A DNA stretch of 63,888 nt, the filler included, from Octopus bimaculoides (Eukaryota): assembly GCF_001194135.2 (NCBI RefSeq). It is 10 parts of 9 records of this genome, joined end to end, with 100 filler letters (N's around TTAATTAATTAA, not from the genome) between each part and the next. Parts side by side here need not be neighbours in the genome. Positions count along the whole stretch, not along the records: positions 16,486 to 34,894 come from NC_068986.1; 9 more parts are not named here. One strand, 5' to 3'. Position 1 is the first letter of the stretch. The number at the start of each line of letters is the position of its first letter. Below, one piece after another: positions 22,283 through 34,869 of this stretch. The notes under the pieces were generated by a model that saw nothing but the letters and a program-made list of their open reading frames with translations, had not been told where the DNA came from and did not search any database. The position numbers were made by a program, and so were the translations under genes.

Positions 22283-22689
22283 TAAGCAGTTTTGACTCTC
22301 ACATTTCCAATTCAGGATTACAACGTCAGTGCTTATACAATCTGCAGTGACAGCATCAAAGAAGCATGTGTGTGTTTTGTGTGTGCGCGCGCGTATTTAT
22401 ATAACCATGGATAGTGCAGTAATTGGACAGGTTCGTATAGCATACCATGCACGATCTGGCAGAACAAAAATTATGAGGAAAAAAAGTCGTTAAGAAACTT
22501 TTTAAGGGAAAGGGAAGATGATGGTTCTGTTCATTTAGCCAGTTAAATGAAGAGTATTGTTAATGTTGAGTGTTTACATCTAAAAAGACTATGTCTAATA
22601 GGAATATTCAAATGCATGAGTATTCCCATACATTTATAACTAAAATGCATGAAACTGCGAATCTTATCTGGTGAGGTGAAGGGGCATCT

Positions 22690-23290
22690 TCCATCTTGAT
22701 TTCAGAAACTTGGTTGAGATGCATACAACTTATAAAAATCTCTGATCTCGAGTTTAGCAGGTCGGTGCAGTTCTTTGATCTAATTAAGACGTGTGTTATT
22801 TCAGCTATACAACGCTTGCATTTTGTGTCTGTTAATGTGTTATGTCTCTACAGTCTTCCTCTGGATGGTATGTAATGTACTGCAGTTCTTCAGGTCCCTG
22901 ATATAGCTTGCTAGCTTTGTGCTTTTCCTTTTGTTTGCATACTTGAAAGAAGACTTTTTGAAGTCATCTTCGCACAATACAAGGTTTTTCTTTTGCCAAA
23001 ACAGAGGCAACTTCAGCCTCATAAACGACTGAGCTACCCATGCATCTATACACTAGCGGGCACGTATCTGGGTTCCTATAGTTGTATTTTGGGGTGAGCA
23101 TTTTGGTTAGCTTGCGTGAAATGATGCTTTTCATATTAGGACTGCAGTTGTAGGAAACTTTTGCGTCTATGGAACGCTTATGGAAGATATGAAAATATCT
23201 TCCAAACATCTTTATATAGCTATCAAAGAAATGTTTATCTATAGGTTAAAATTCCTTGCTAAACCACACAAGATAATCTGCTGAGGCATA
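22690..23290 (-). mobile_element. Penelope-like element C-terminus (GIY-YIG endonuclease)
   Basis: KVSYNCSPNMKSII..CPL..C..SVVYEAEV..FKKS..STKLASYIRDLK..CKRCIAE..LLNSRSEIFISCMH. Confidence 0.85.
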
Positions 23291-23776
23291 TGAAATTTAT
23301 TTCCCCGTTATTTTTGGTAAAAAGCGTGACTATAAATTGAACTTCCAATTTCTTTTACGTATGATAACCTTTCACAAACAAACCGTTACAGAATTCTAAT
23401 CTAATCTTAATCCAATAACAATACTAATTATCAACACTAAATCTACTCTCAGCTTTTATTCACATCTCTAACTTAAACTTTTAACCCGATACTATCGTTT
23501 AACATTAATTCGGCCTAATGCGACGCAGTCCCAGCTCCCACTTCAGTTGTCGTCAGAGCATAAGTTTTTTTTAAAGTATAGCTTAATGAAAATTTGAATA
23601 CATTAAAAAAAAAAGTCAACTTGGTTGAGATTAATAAAGCAACATTACATTTACCAAAGTCTTGGATAATAAAAGATAATATAACTGGAAGAAAAGAAAC
23701 GAAAAAAACAACTTATGATTTGGTAATAAATTTTACAGTGGTAAATTTTGTTCTTACACCGGTATTATACAACTAA

Positions 23777-23864
23777 CCGGAAGTAATATGGCAGTCGATC
23801 TAACAAGCTGTTATGTTTATGTTGATGCTTACACTTTAAACTGGGATTTTATCGCTTCCCCCAG
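23777..23864 (+). promoter_or_regulatory. ETS-YY1 composite motif and candidate first exon
   Basis: CCGGAAGT directly followed by AATATGGCAG; ATG at 23788 is open (MAVDLTSCYVYVDAYTLNWDFIASP) to a CAG|GTATTT donor at 23864. Confidence 0.35.
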
Positions 23865-25239
23865 GTATTTTACATAATTCTGATAACTGTATTATTTTTC
23901 TGAAGCGATTAGAATACTCATAGATTCTTTATTGTCGTAAAAACATTTTTGATCTTCGTTATTTTTATATTAAAAAAAAGGGGCAAACATCGTTGTTAAC
24001 ATTTGTTCGTTCCTCATTTTCGTAATTAATCTTTTCATCTAAAATTTCAAGAATATCTGTAAATAAATTTAGCTGAAATTATTGAGAGGAACGGACAGAC
24101 AATAGATCCGATATTTATTTATAAGTTTTTAACCTAATGCATAAATTGTGAGTTTTTTTTGCGTTTTTTTTTCACCACTGCTATTAATTTTACTTTTGTT
24201 TATTATCATAATCGCTTAGCCAGAACAGTAATTGTTGCTCTCGAGTATTTTCATTTTATTATAGTTTTATGTCAAAAGACAACTTTACACCAGTTAGAAA
24301 TGCTATAAAATATTTAAAAGTAACATTTTGATTTATTTTATAGTTTTCTGCAAAATGGAAAAAGTAATATTTCTAAAAAGTTTAAGAACATAAATGTTAT
24401 TTTACTGTTAAACATATATTTTCCAAAATTAACGTTTTTTTTTTCTCTGCTCATCTGGTTGTCGGTCAACTTGTTCACAGGCATGGTTGAGAAATTTGGT
24501 TCGTAACTAAATGGTGTCGGGTTCAATCCTGGAGTTAATCAAAGCTTTGTGAATTAAATTTAGTAGACAGAAGTCCCGAGGAAGCTTGTAAGGGATCCGT
24601 TCCTGTTTTGGTTAGTAAATCTAATCAGTTGATCTGCTCTAACACCATCGTCTGCTCCTTGGGTGCATTTAGCGGGTTTAGTCTATTGCGAGCACTCAGG
24701 TCAAGTATCCGGTCAGGGATAATTTTATTTCACAAGTCTCCGTGGTCCTGAAAAGTTTCATTGATGCTGCCCTTCCTCTTTTGATGAAGTATCTAAAAAG
24801 AAAAACAACGACCCCGAATGATCAGAAAATAGCTCTCAATGCCGCTGTAAACGGAATCTACGTCCACAGATGCAATTGTTTAGCTTCGGGTCAGATCTAC
24901 CCGGCCAGGCCTATCATAGGCATTCTAACCACATCCACCCCGTTTTTGCTATGCACTGTATATACGCAACTCGACGATTTGGCTGTTATTATTAGTACCT
25001 GAGTGACCATGCGGAAACTCTTTGGCAACTTATATGAGAGAGAGAAGGAAATTGTACAAGTTTGTTTGCACTCATGTAAAACAACAAAAAACCTTTATAT
25101 TGCTAATAGAAAACTGTTATGTCATGCTAAAAGTTGCGTGTTTTTATTTTTGTTATTTAGTAATTAACAATTTTTAAATTTATGAATAAATGAAGATTAT
25201 TTCAGTGTTGCATTGATTTGCATTTAAGAATTTAAAGTA

Positions 25240-26410
25240 TACCTACACAGTTGTGCCCCACCACCACTTTTGTTTTCTCATAGCTTCCAGAAAAATGAAT
25301 ATTTTTTAATGAAATTTTTACAGATACGTTTCAGATGATGTAGATTTGTGGATGAATTCTGCTCCAAGTACCCCATATAACCTCTTATAACTTTTTTATT
25401 TTGGGGGAATTTTCAGAACTTTTTTTTTGCGAATTTGTGTTCTACCCACAGGAATTCATACGATTATGCAAAAACCGAAAAAAAAAAAAAAAAAAAANNN
25501 NNNNNNNNNNNNNNNNNNNNNNNNNNNNNNNNNNNNNNNNNNNNNNNNNNNNNNNNNNNNNNNNNNNNNNNNNNNNNNNNNNNNNNNNNNNNNNNNNNNN
25601 NNNNNNNNNNNNNNNNNNNNNNNNNNNNNNNNNNNNNNNNNNNNNNNNNNNNNNNNNNNNNNNNNNNNNNNNNNNNNNNNNNNNNNNNNNNNNNNNNNNN
25701 NNNNNNNNNNNNNNNNNNNNNNNNNNNNNNNNNNNNNNNNNNNNNNNNNNNNNNNNNNNNNNNNNNNNNNNNNNNNNNNNNNNNNNNNNNNNNNNNNNNN
25801 NNNNNNNNNNNNNNNNNNNNNNNNNNNNNNNNNNNNNNNNNNNNNNNNNNNNNNNNNNNNNNNNNNNNNNNNNNNNNNNNNNNNNNNNNNNNNNNNNNNN
25901 NNNNNNNNNNNNNNNNNNNNNNNNNNNNNNNNNGAGAAGAATTTCGGAAAATTTACACGAGTCGGTTTTATTTCCTCATAACTTTCAGAAAAATGGTTAT
26001 TTTGTTTTTTTAAAATTTGTACAAATACCTATCAGAGTGTGTAGATTATATCGGAATTTAAGACGGAAAAATAATTTCGAAAACAATTGTGATATGTATC
26101 AGTATGTATGTCTGTGTGTCTTCCATTTTCCTCATTAAATCTTGATATAATCATAATCTACAAACTCTGCAAGATATTTATAGAAAATTTCATGTCCCTC
26201 CACCATTTTTCTGAAAGTTATGAGGGAACAGAGCCGACCACGTGTGGATTTTCCGAAACTCCCATCGGAAAAACTTTTTCACAATAAATTCCGATATAAT
26301 CGGAATTTACACCATCTGAGGCTAACTTGTAGAAAATTTCATTAAAAAATATCCATTTTTCTGAAAGTTATGAGGAAAAAAAGTCGGTGTGGGTTACACT
26401 TGTATAGGTA
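25240..26410. mobile_element. Fold-back DNA element with about 120-bp TIRs and internal subrepeats
   Basis: TACCTACACAGTTG..CATAGCTTCCAGAAAAATGAATATTTTTTAATGAAATTTT is mirrored at the right end; the TTCCTCATAACTTTCAGAAAAATGG unit recurs internally in both orientations; the centre is a gap. Confidence 0.7.
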
Positions 26411-26440
26411 GGCCGAAAATAACTAGGCATTCCTCTAGAG

Positions 26441-26790
26441 CAGTGGTACTCAACCAAGGCCCATATGCTCCCTGGGGGTCCATATAAGATTTTTGGGGTC
26501 CACGCAACAAACTAGTAATTCAGGGATCCACAGTAGTATTTTAAGGGCCTCTGGAAAAATTTTGCTTTCGATGTATGTATTGGTATGTATTGCAAGAAAC
26601 AGCTGGGCTTCTTTCTCCGACATTTTACATAGTTCAGCCGATACAAGTGAATGTACGAAGCACAAAATAGGAATTTTGAAAGAGGATTCTATAAAACTAG
26701 TTTTTAAACATCGAATGGCTATGGTGGGGTCCACCAGAATAAAATAGTAATCAAAGGGGTCCCTAGATCAAAAATGGCTGAGAACACCTG
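26441..26790. mobile_element. hAT-Charlie-type MITE
   Basis: CAGTGGTACTCAACC ... GGCTGAGAACACCTG termini; flanks CTCTAGAG / CTTGAGAG (6/8 match, NTCTAGAN-like). Confidence 0.8.
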
Positions 26791-28139
26791 CTTGAGAGTG
26801 ATTATAATTTATTAATCAATGAGTATTTTAGAGCTGGATATATTCCAATCTGATATCGTTTGATGATTGCATCGTGATAGAATTATTACAACTTTAAAAG
26901 CAAAAGTGAAACAAAGCGTATGTATGACTGCAATGACTCTACAGCGATGCAGGGCTATAAATCTCATCTATAAGAGTGCATATTTAATGGTTAGGATGTT
27001 GGGTTGACGAACATTATATCGTGTGCAGTATTCTGTGGCCTTCAGCAAGTCACATTATTTCACGCCATTCCAGCCTATTCAGCTGAAAATGAGCACCGGC
27101 CTGATGTGGTACATCACTTCTTTCCATCAGCTCTCATATCCTCTAAGGGCGATTTAGCTGTTGTTTTAAGCATATCACACGACCATCTAATACCTTTCTC
27201 ATTTGTTTGTCAGTCTGAGACAAACAAATTTTCATGTTTTTCATTACTTTTCTCCCCATAAACACATTTATTGGTCCATTGCTGGGATTTAAGCCAAAGA
27301 TTCGGACTGATCTAAGAACTGATTTTTAAAAGAATTCAAAAAAGTGGGAATTTTAGGATTTAGAGGGTGAGGAAAGGGGTTAAAAATTGAAAAAAAACAA
27401 ACCCCGCCCCCTAATCGCCTGAATTGCCTTGCGTAGAACCCAAATTGGCAAACAATTTTCTGAAAATTCCAAAAAATAATATAAAGGTTATGAGGGGGTT
27501 ATAATAGGGTGCTTAAACCAGATTTCAGCCCAGGGTGGTGCGCAGTGGGACTTGGAAGCAAGTTTCTCAGCCACCTCGGATCAACTGGTCGTCGTAAGCG
27601 ACAGTGTGTCAATCTATTGTTAGTTTTGGAATTGTGGTTATTGTGGAAAGGGAGTTTACACTAAGACAATTACGTTGTGGGAATAGGCACCATAGTCATT
27701 TTAGCACACATACACTGGACTATTATATTAATTAAAAAAGAAATTAACGATAGTTCTGTCAAATAATTTTGTCATTCATTGTAGTTATCTGTTATATGTA
27801 ACTTCTTGAGAAAAAGTAATTATTTGTATATACACCGAGTTTACTTTTAGTATTGATATAATAACAATCTTTTTTAGGTTTTCTTTGCGATTTTTTAAAT
27901 CTCATCCTTACATTGGGTTTTCGCCCATTTTTGTTATTGTAAAATAACTCTTCCAGTTGTTTAGTCTCCGTTTATCATCAGGTGTCAATCACTGAGAAAA
28001 TATTATCTTTATGTATGGACACTTATTGTTTTAATGCGAATTTTTTTTCACCTCTGTCTCCTTCCTTCCTTCCTTTGTATAAAGTTCTTCGGGTTTCTAT
28101 GCTTTGAACTTCAGAAGTTCAGAAATTATATATATTGCT

Positions 28140-28282
28140 TTCATGTTTTGGCACAAGGCCAGCAATTATTTTATCGACCTCAAAAGGATGAAAGGCAAAG
28201 TCGGCGGCGTCAGAATGTAAAGACGGATGAAATGCCGCTAAGCATTTTGCCTGGTTGGGCAACGATTCTGCCATTTCGCTTC
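28140..28282 (-). mobile_element. Family A SINE, internally deleted
   Basis: Tail, core and head remnants match family A. Confidence 0.7.
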
Positions 28283-28789
28283 CTTAAGTTAAAAAAGTAT
28301 AATATATCTCTATAAAAACAGAAGATTGTTATGGTTTTCGTAATTAGAATGAATAAAGAAAGAAATAAAGACTTGCAGAAATTTTCAAAAATAAATCGGA
28401 TCTGGTGCTTGAAACCGAAGAGGTAGAACAACAACAACAATAATAATACATTAATTAAAAAAAACAAAACATCATTAAAGTTTTTAAATTATTAAAGGAT
28501 TTCGAATGTAATCAATCTTAAGAAACTGTTGAGGTTTAGAAGATTTTTTTGAGTTGCAGTAGTTTTTTTGTTTTTATATATAAAATAAATACATTTAGTT
28601 TGGATTTGAAGTGTGTAAATATATTTTGTTTACATTTGAAAGTATTGGTTGTTTCATTTTTTTCTGAAAATTAAAAAATGCTGTTGTTTCACTTTCAATT
28701 TATTGAGGATGAAAATATTACAAATGCAAATTGAATATAAGATAAGTCAAAAACGAAATGGCTTTTTAAAAACAAATTACAATAGGTGC

Positions 28790-28945
28790 TGGTTGGCTGT
28801 GTGTGGGTAAAAGTTTTCTTCTCACATGGTTCCAGGTTCAGTTCCACTATGTGGCACTTTAGGTAAGTGTCTTCTACTATAGCCCCAGGCTGACCAAAGC
28901 CTTGTGAGTGGATTTGGTAGACAGAAACTGAAAGGAGCCCATCAT
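28790..28945 (+). mobile_element. Family B SINE
   Basis: GGTTCAGTTCCAC..GTAAGTGTCTTCTACTATAGCCCCAGGCTGACCAAAGCCTTGTGAGTGGATTTGGTAGACAGAAACTGAAAG. Confidence 0.8.
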
Positions 28946-29012
28946 ATATTTCGTGTTAATTGTTAACAAGGGAAAAATACACACATCTATTTATATATAT
29001 AGATATATAAGT

Positions 29013-29688
29013 ACTAGCTGGTGTACCCAGTAATTTCCAAGGGTAAAGATGTTCTATTGAAACGCCTCATTACTCTGATATAAGAAAGCAATATTGTTAT
29101 AACTGCCACAAAAGGTGTATTTTCCATCACAAAAATGTACAAAAAGCTGTCAGCTGGAGGAGGGGGGGATTGTTGGAGGTTAGTGAGAGACGTTTTCGGA
29201 GGTTGGCGAGAAAGATTGTCGGAGGTTGATGAGAGGCAAAGACATTATTCTGATTAGCGAAGGCATCTGGGAAATGTATAACTGCTGTCATTCACAGGAA
29301 AACTATTGTTTTACTGTGAAAAAAGCACTGTTGAAGTGTTAAGTGAAACTTGGCAATCGGGGATTGAATCCGCGCTATGCCTGCATGAAGCCACTACAAA
29401 TGCATTGTGGAATAAAAAATTTATCAAGTGTCATGGAAAAAGTGTAAGTGTAAAAATGCAGAGTTATCAGAGTAATGGGCATTCAAAAAAGTATGTATGT
29501 ATAGAAATATATGAATGAAGTCTTTAAGGGAAGTGCGATAATGATGTTCAGCAGTTCAAAACTGTGAGTAGTGAAATGTAGAATTAGGTTGGCTGATCGT
29601 GAGAATCAAATATTGATCGCTTCGCTAAAATCTGCAGGTGGTATGGGTTATTTCCCTTGGGATGTTTAAATAAAATATTAGTAATATG
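29013..29688 (+). mobile_element. Non-autonomous Helitron/Helentron-like element, 5' part
   Basis: Starts ACTAGCTGGTGTACCCAG after a TA-rich run; internal ~23-bp repeats; collinear with the inverted copy at 33895-34869. Superfamily inferred only from the terminus style. Confidence 0.55.
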
Positions 29689-30124
29689 TTTGACTTGTTG
29701 AATATAGACCTAGAAACCCTTAAATAGACAGGATGTCCATGGCTGGAATACCTGTGATTATAAGTCTGATCAGCCCAGATTGACCTGGGATGTACAGCAA
29801 TAGTTTATAGAGGTATTCTTACATCAGAGATTTTGTGAGGTGTCTTTTACTTGTTTTTAATGTTGACAAAACAGATTTCCAATTTTACTTTTTATCTTCT
29901 AGTTATTTCAGTCATTTGACTGTAGCCATGCTGGGACACTGCTCTGAAGGCTTTAGCTGAACAAATCAACCTTAGCACTTATATTTTTAAGCCTAGTATT
30001 CATTCAGTCAGTTTCTTTTGCCAAACTATTAAGTTACAGGGATGTAAACAAACCAAAACTGGTTGTCAAGTGGTAAGGGGACAAACACAGAGACATGCGC
30101 GTGTACACACACACACACACACAC

Positions 30125-30290
30125 ACGATGGGCTTCCACACAGTTTCTGTCTGCCACATTCACTCAGAAGGCATTGGTTGGCCTGATGCTATAATAGAAG
30201 ACACATGCCCAAGGTGCTATGCAGTGGGACTGAACCTGAAACCACGTGGTTGTAAAACGAACTTCTTAACCACACAGTCATGCCTGTATT
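30125..30290 (-). mobile_element. Family B SINE
   Basis: ATAGAAGACACATGCCCAAGGTGCTATGCAGTGGGACTGAACC is the reverse complement of the family B core. Confidence 0.75.
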
Positions 30291-30582
30291 TTTGTGAATT
30301 TCTTTTGTTTCTTGTTTAAGTATACAACAGGACAAGCTATTGGATATGCCTCATTTATTAGATAATGCTCTATTAACTGTGTGTGTCCTAATTAGCCGAA
30401 AGGCAAATTATTCATGTGAGTTCGTAGTTTTTTGTTTTTGCTTTGGTATTGTTTTCATGTACTTATTGTTTTATATGTTTTTTGTATAATAGTTTAGTAT
30501 ATACGTATTTCTGTGTATTTGTATATGTATGCATATGTCCATATGTACTTGTTTTGTGAGTGTATCCTTACATGCACAGACA

Positions 30583-30618
<36 letters not shown>

Positions 30619-31315
30619 TGTTGGAACACACAGTTTTCATTTGTAAAATATCTAATTGAAGGAAAGAATAATTGTTTTAACTGATTTGATTACTTGAACT
30701 AGTTTTTTTCTTTCTTTAGGAAGACAAATGCAAGACCCTTATTTATCCATTCAATTCAACATTGCTGTTTAGATTCAGTTCAACCCTGTTACAACAAGCC
30801 TGTAATTGACCCTGATTTATGCACATTCCATCACCATCTTGTCTTTTATTCGAACATGGCGTATCCCAAACTATATTAATCAACATATCTTTCCTTTTTT
30901 TTTTTTATCAAATACGACAGGATGTGATTTGAGAGATATTTAGCTGCTATTTCTAACAAAACAAATGATCACATTTGTTTTGTTAGATCACATTGGTTAT
31001 TTATGATCACATTAAGAGCCTGCTTAATTGCTGAATTTAGTTGACACTTTGCACTTGCTATATCTCGCATTTAACTGCAAAGAGTTTTTTAGTGCAGTTG
31101 AAATGAAGGAAATTAAATGATGTTTTTCACTAGAAATGTGACACTTATGGAACATGCTAGAAATGTTTATAATAAGAGTGTAATCTGTTTCATTTGTTAG
31201 AAAATGTCTTAGGTAGAACTTGAGCTGAAGAGAATAAAAATGGTTTCCAGATAGATATCTTGTTGATTTAAGGGATCTTGATAATATGATATAAAGGTAT
31301 TCATAATTGATTTAA

Positions 31316-31533
31316 CCCTTTAGCATTTAATCTGACCATATCCAGCCCAAATATTCTACCTGGTTTATGTTAAAACTGACCAGATCCGACCTCTTACACT
31401 TAACCTCAAAATGTCTTCTCAAAATATTCAAACACATCATTGAAATCTTGAAGCAACAAGATAATGCATGACTAAATTTTATCAATGTGAATAAATAAGC
31501 TTTACATTTGACAAAGAAATCAATGCTGAAGGG
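31316..31533. mobile_element. piggyBac-type MITE
   Basis: TTAA|CCCTTTAGCATT ... AATGCTGAAGGG|TTAA. Confidence 0.8.
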
Positions 31534-31590
31534 TTAAGATAAAAGAACATTATATTGACTTAGGATAAGGCTAATTGATAATTAATTTAA

Positions 31591-31754
31591 TCCTTCAGCA
31601 TTCTGATTAATTTATCAAATGTAATGCTTATTTATCTGCATTTAAAAAAAATTAACCATGTAATATCTTGTAGCTTCAAGATTTTGAAGATGTGTTTGTT
31701 TAATTTTAGAATGACATTGTTGGGTAGGTGTAAGAGGCTGGATCTGGCCAGTTT
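31591..31754. mobile_element. Second, inverted and truncated copy of the piggyBac-type MITE
   Basis: TTAA|TCCTTCAGCATT.. reverse-complements about 31365-31533. Confidence 0.7.
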
Positions 31755-32036
31755 CAGCCCTTCGTCCCCAAAATGCTGGCCTTGTGCCAGTATTTGAAAT
31801 CAAAATTTTATTATTAGTTACAGTTATTGTGTCTAGTGGACTTATGCTTACCCCGCTCCTTATCCTACAACACTCAATCTTCCATCTATAATATGGCCCA
31901 CATTAGATGCAGGGCAATATTTTGCCATGTATAGAAATAAAAAAATGTGTATTTTATATGCCAGCAAATATGATAATAATCTTTCAACTTTGTTTTGTAG
32001 ATTTAGTGTTGTGTAGAAAGCAAGAGAGCTGGAAGA

Positions 32037-32175
32037 ATGACGCTAGATCTGCATACTGTGAAAGAAGACTTTGCTGTTATGGTCCAAAAGGTGCAACCAT
32101 GGACATTATCACAGTTTGTAATGTGGTTAGATTTGAAAGTTGCTGAATATAAAGTCCATGGCTACATGATTTTGG
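32037..32175 (+). CDS. Candidate ATG-containing exon of an unidentified plus-strand gene
   Basis: TTTGTTTTGTAG acceptor at 32000; ATG with A at -3 after an in-frame stop; MTLDLHTVKEDFAVMVQKVQPWTLSQFVMWLDLKVAEYKVHGYMIL; TGG|GTGAGT donor, phase 1. Confidence 0.55.
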
Positions 32176-32346
32176 GTGAGTAACGATTTTATTGCCAGGT
32201 TCATATTTATTAGATTAATCTTTTAATAAGAGACAATGTTTTGAGGGTGTCTTGTCTTCATGTTGAGTTTGCAGGGTGGTGGGGAAAGATTGGTAAAAAA
32301 CAGAGATGTGATGTAAATGTTCTTTACAGGTTCCTTTATTTTATAT

Positions 32347-33070
32347 ACCGGGTACAGTGAAGAAAATGTCGTCTCAATTATGCAGAAATGAAAATAACAC
32401 TGACATCTCATTTTAACATATATTTACCAAAATTACATAAAAATATATTGAAATACTAAAGAGTAAATTTATTCAATAAAATCGCCATTGGCTTGACTCC
32501 GGCCTCAGAATCTCCTGCAACTCTTCTAGACGGTCTCCTTGTTTAAGTCGGTGAATGCTGCCATAATCCTTGCCTTCAGTTCATCTTTGGTGTTACAAGG
32601 AGTTTTGTTGGTCTCCCGCTCAACTGCTCCCCACACATAATAAAAGGGATTGCAGTCTGGGGAGTTTGGTGGCCAGATGTTAGGGGTGATGTCATTACAG
32701 AAATTGTTTGACAGCCATGACTGGATTCTCCTGCTTGTGTGGCATTGTGCAGAGTCCTGTTGCCAGATAGAGGGTGTTCCAGCAACCACTCTCTTGATCC
32801 AGGGCAGCACTATCTCCTGCTGGCACTTGATGTAGGCCTCAGTGTTGAGTCTGAGGCTGTGTTGGAAGATGAATGGAGGCATAACGTCGCCATCACTAGT
32901 GATCACTCCAAACACCATGATGTTGACTGGAGGTTTCATTTACGTACTGCAGAACTTGCTCTGCCTTTACTGGATTTGAGAAATTCAGCATCGATTTTCT
33001 GCCTGCATCATTCATCCTGCCAATACTGCCTTAAAGTGAGTTGAATTATCATGTTAGATCATATTAGGAG
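32347..33070 (-). mobile_element. Tc1/mariner (maT/DD37D-like) transposase C-terminal fragment
   Basis: IMVFGVITSDG..WQQDSAQCHTS..WPPNSPDCNP.YYVWGAVE..KARI. Confidence 0.85.
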
Positions 33071-33691
33071 GAGACCCACCCAGCAATCAACAGTTTCTCC
33101 TCCGAGTAGGCACGTGACCACGGTGGGGCCATAGCATTTATAAACTGTATCATTTGGTCTGCTATAATGAATCCATAAACACATGTAAAACATTCAAGGG
33201 TATATTTTCTCTCCCTGAAGATATGCTCAGGTCATATAAATTTAATGTTTACTGAATATTAATTGAAACAGCTGTAAAGGATGATGATTAATTTGCTGTT
33301 AATAATAAACAATTATTAACTTCCTAATCTCCATTTTCTTTTTATTATATATATATATGTGTGTGTGTAGAAAGTTGAGAAGGAACATACGAGTTGATAT
33401 GTATGAGGAAAATAAGACAAGGTTGAAAATACTAAAATAATTTTATCATGAAGAACATTTTAGTACTGGTTTCAGTCATTGTGACTGAAAAACAATTAAA
33501 TTGTGGAAAAATGAAATGAAATGTTTTTTTAAAAAAAATATATTTCCATAGTTTTCAAATGCAAGGGACATTTTCTTTTTTTTCTGCCTGTCTCTGTCTC
33601 TCTTTTTGACTCTTGTGGGTTCTAGGTAGTTAGCAGCAGCTATATATATATGTATATATCTATGTGTGTGTATATGTGAGTGTGTGTGTGT

Positions 33692-33859
33692 ATTAGTTAT
33701 ATGATGTAGATATAAAGATTCCTCCCAGGGGCCATATCGATTTTTTCAAAAATCTGTCATGAGGTTTCCAGACATGAGTTCTACTCATGTGTCAAGTTTC
33801 ATCAAAATCGTTAGCTAACAACGCCATAAACAAACAAACACCGATTTTCCAACTATGTA

Positions 33860-33870
<11 letters not shown>
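33692..33870 (+). mobile_element. 3' part of the Helentron-like family
   Basis: GATATAAAGATTCCTCCCAGGGG..GACATGAGTTCTACTCA..GTTAGCTAACAAC; inverted match to 33900-34045. Confidence 0.6.
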
Positions 33871-33894
<24 letters not shown>

Positions 33895-33907
<13 letters not shown>

Positions 33908-34869
33908 GCTAACTCCTCCTACATCGTTTTATAGATCTTGATGAAACTTGACACGTGAGTAGAACTCATGTCTGGAAACCTCATGACATAAATTGTTGAA
34001 AAAAATCAATAATATGACCCCTGGGAGGGATCTTTATATCGGCCTCATATTACTAATTTTTAAACACCCAAGGGAAATAACCCATAGCACCTGCATTTAC
34101 AGCTGTTAGTTTTTAACGCAGCGATCAATATTTGATTCTCACGATCAGCTGACCTAATTCTGCATTTCACTACTCACAGTTTTCAACTGCTAAACATTAT
34201 TATTGCACTTTCTTGATGCATGTACAGTTTCAATGCCCATAACTTCGATAATTCTGCATTTTTCCAGTTAAACGTTTCTGATGACAGTACATAAATTTTT
34301 GATTCCAGAATGTATTTAATAAATGTGCTCCAATACAATGAACTCATACTTTGAATGCTTAAAATTCTTAAAAAATGGAACCAAACTTCCACACCACATT
34401 CAGTTGGGACACCCTGTATCACTTATACTTATTTTACATATCATAATATTTATTGCTTATTTACAGTTCATACAACATTTTCATGAAACTAATTGAGCCA
34501 CCGAAATTAGAAATATTTTACAGGTTTCACTGTTTATGTTCGATTACTTTGAATATTGATTTTTTGTGTGTCCAATTTCTAAGTTTTGCAGACAATATCA
34601 CTTTTATACTTTATTTGACACTTGAGTAGAACTCATGTCTGGAAACCTCGTGACATACTTAGATTGTTGAAAAAAATCGATGAGTCAGAGTACTTTCTCG
34701 CCAACCTCCGACAATCTCTCCCTCCTCCAGCTGACAGTTTTTGTACTTTTTCATGACAGAAAATACACTTTTGTGGCAATTATAACAAAATTGCTTTCTT
34801 ATATCAGGGTAATAAGGCGTTTCAATAGAACATTTTTACCCCCAGGAATTACTGGGTACACCAGCTAGT
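33895..34869 (-). mobile_element. Near-complete inverted copy of the Helentron-like element
   Basis: Reverse strand starts ACTAGCTGGTGTACCCAG at 34869 and joins the 5' and 3' parts seen separately at 29013 and 33692. Confidence 0.6.

Noticed and set aside
24742-25002. 86-aa plus-strand ORF (..QIYPARPIIG..)
   Set aside because: Only a vague echo of the Penelope RT RPII motif; no other motif or splice support.
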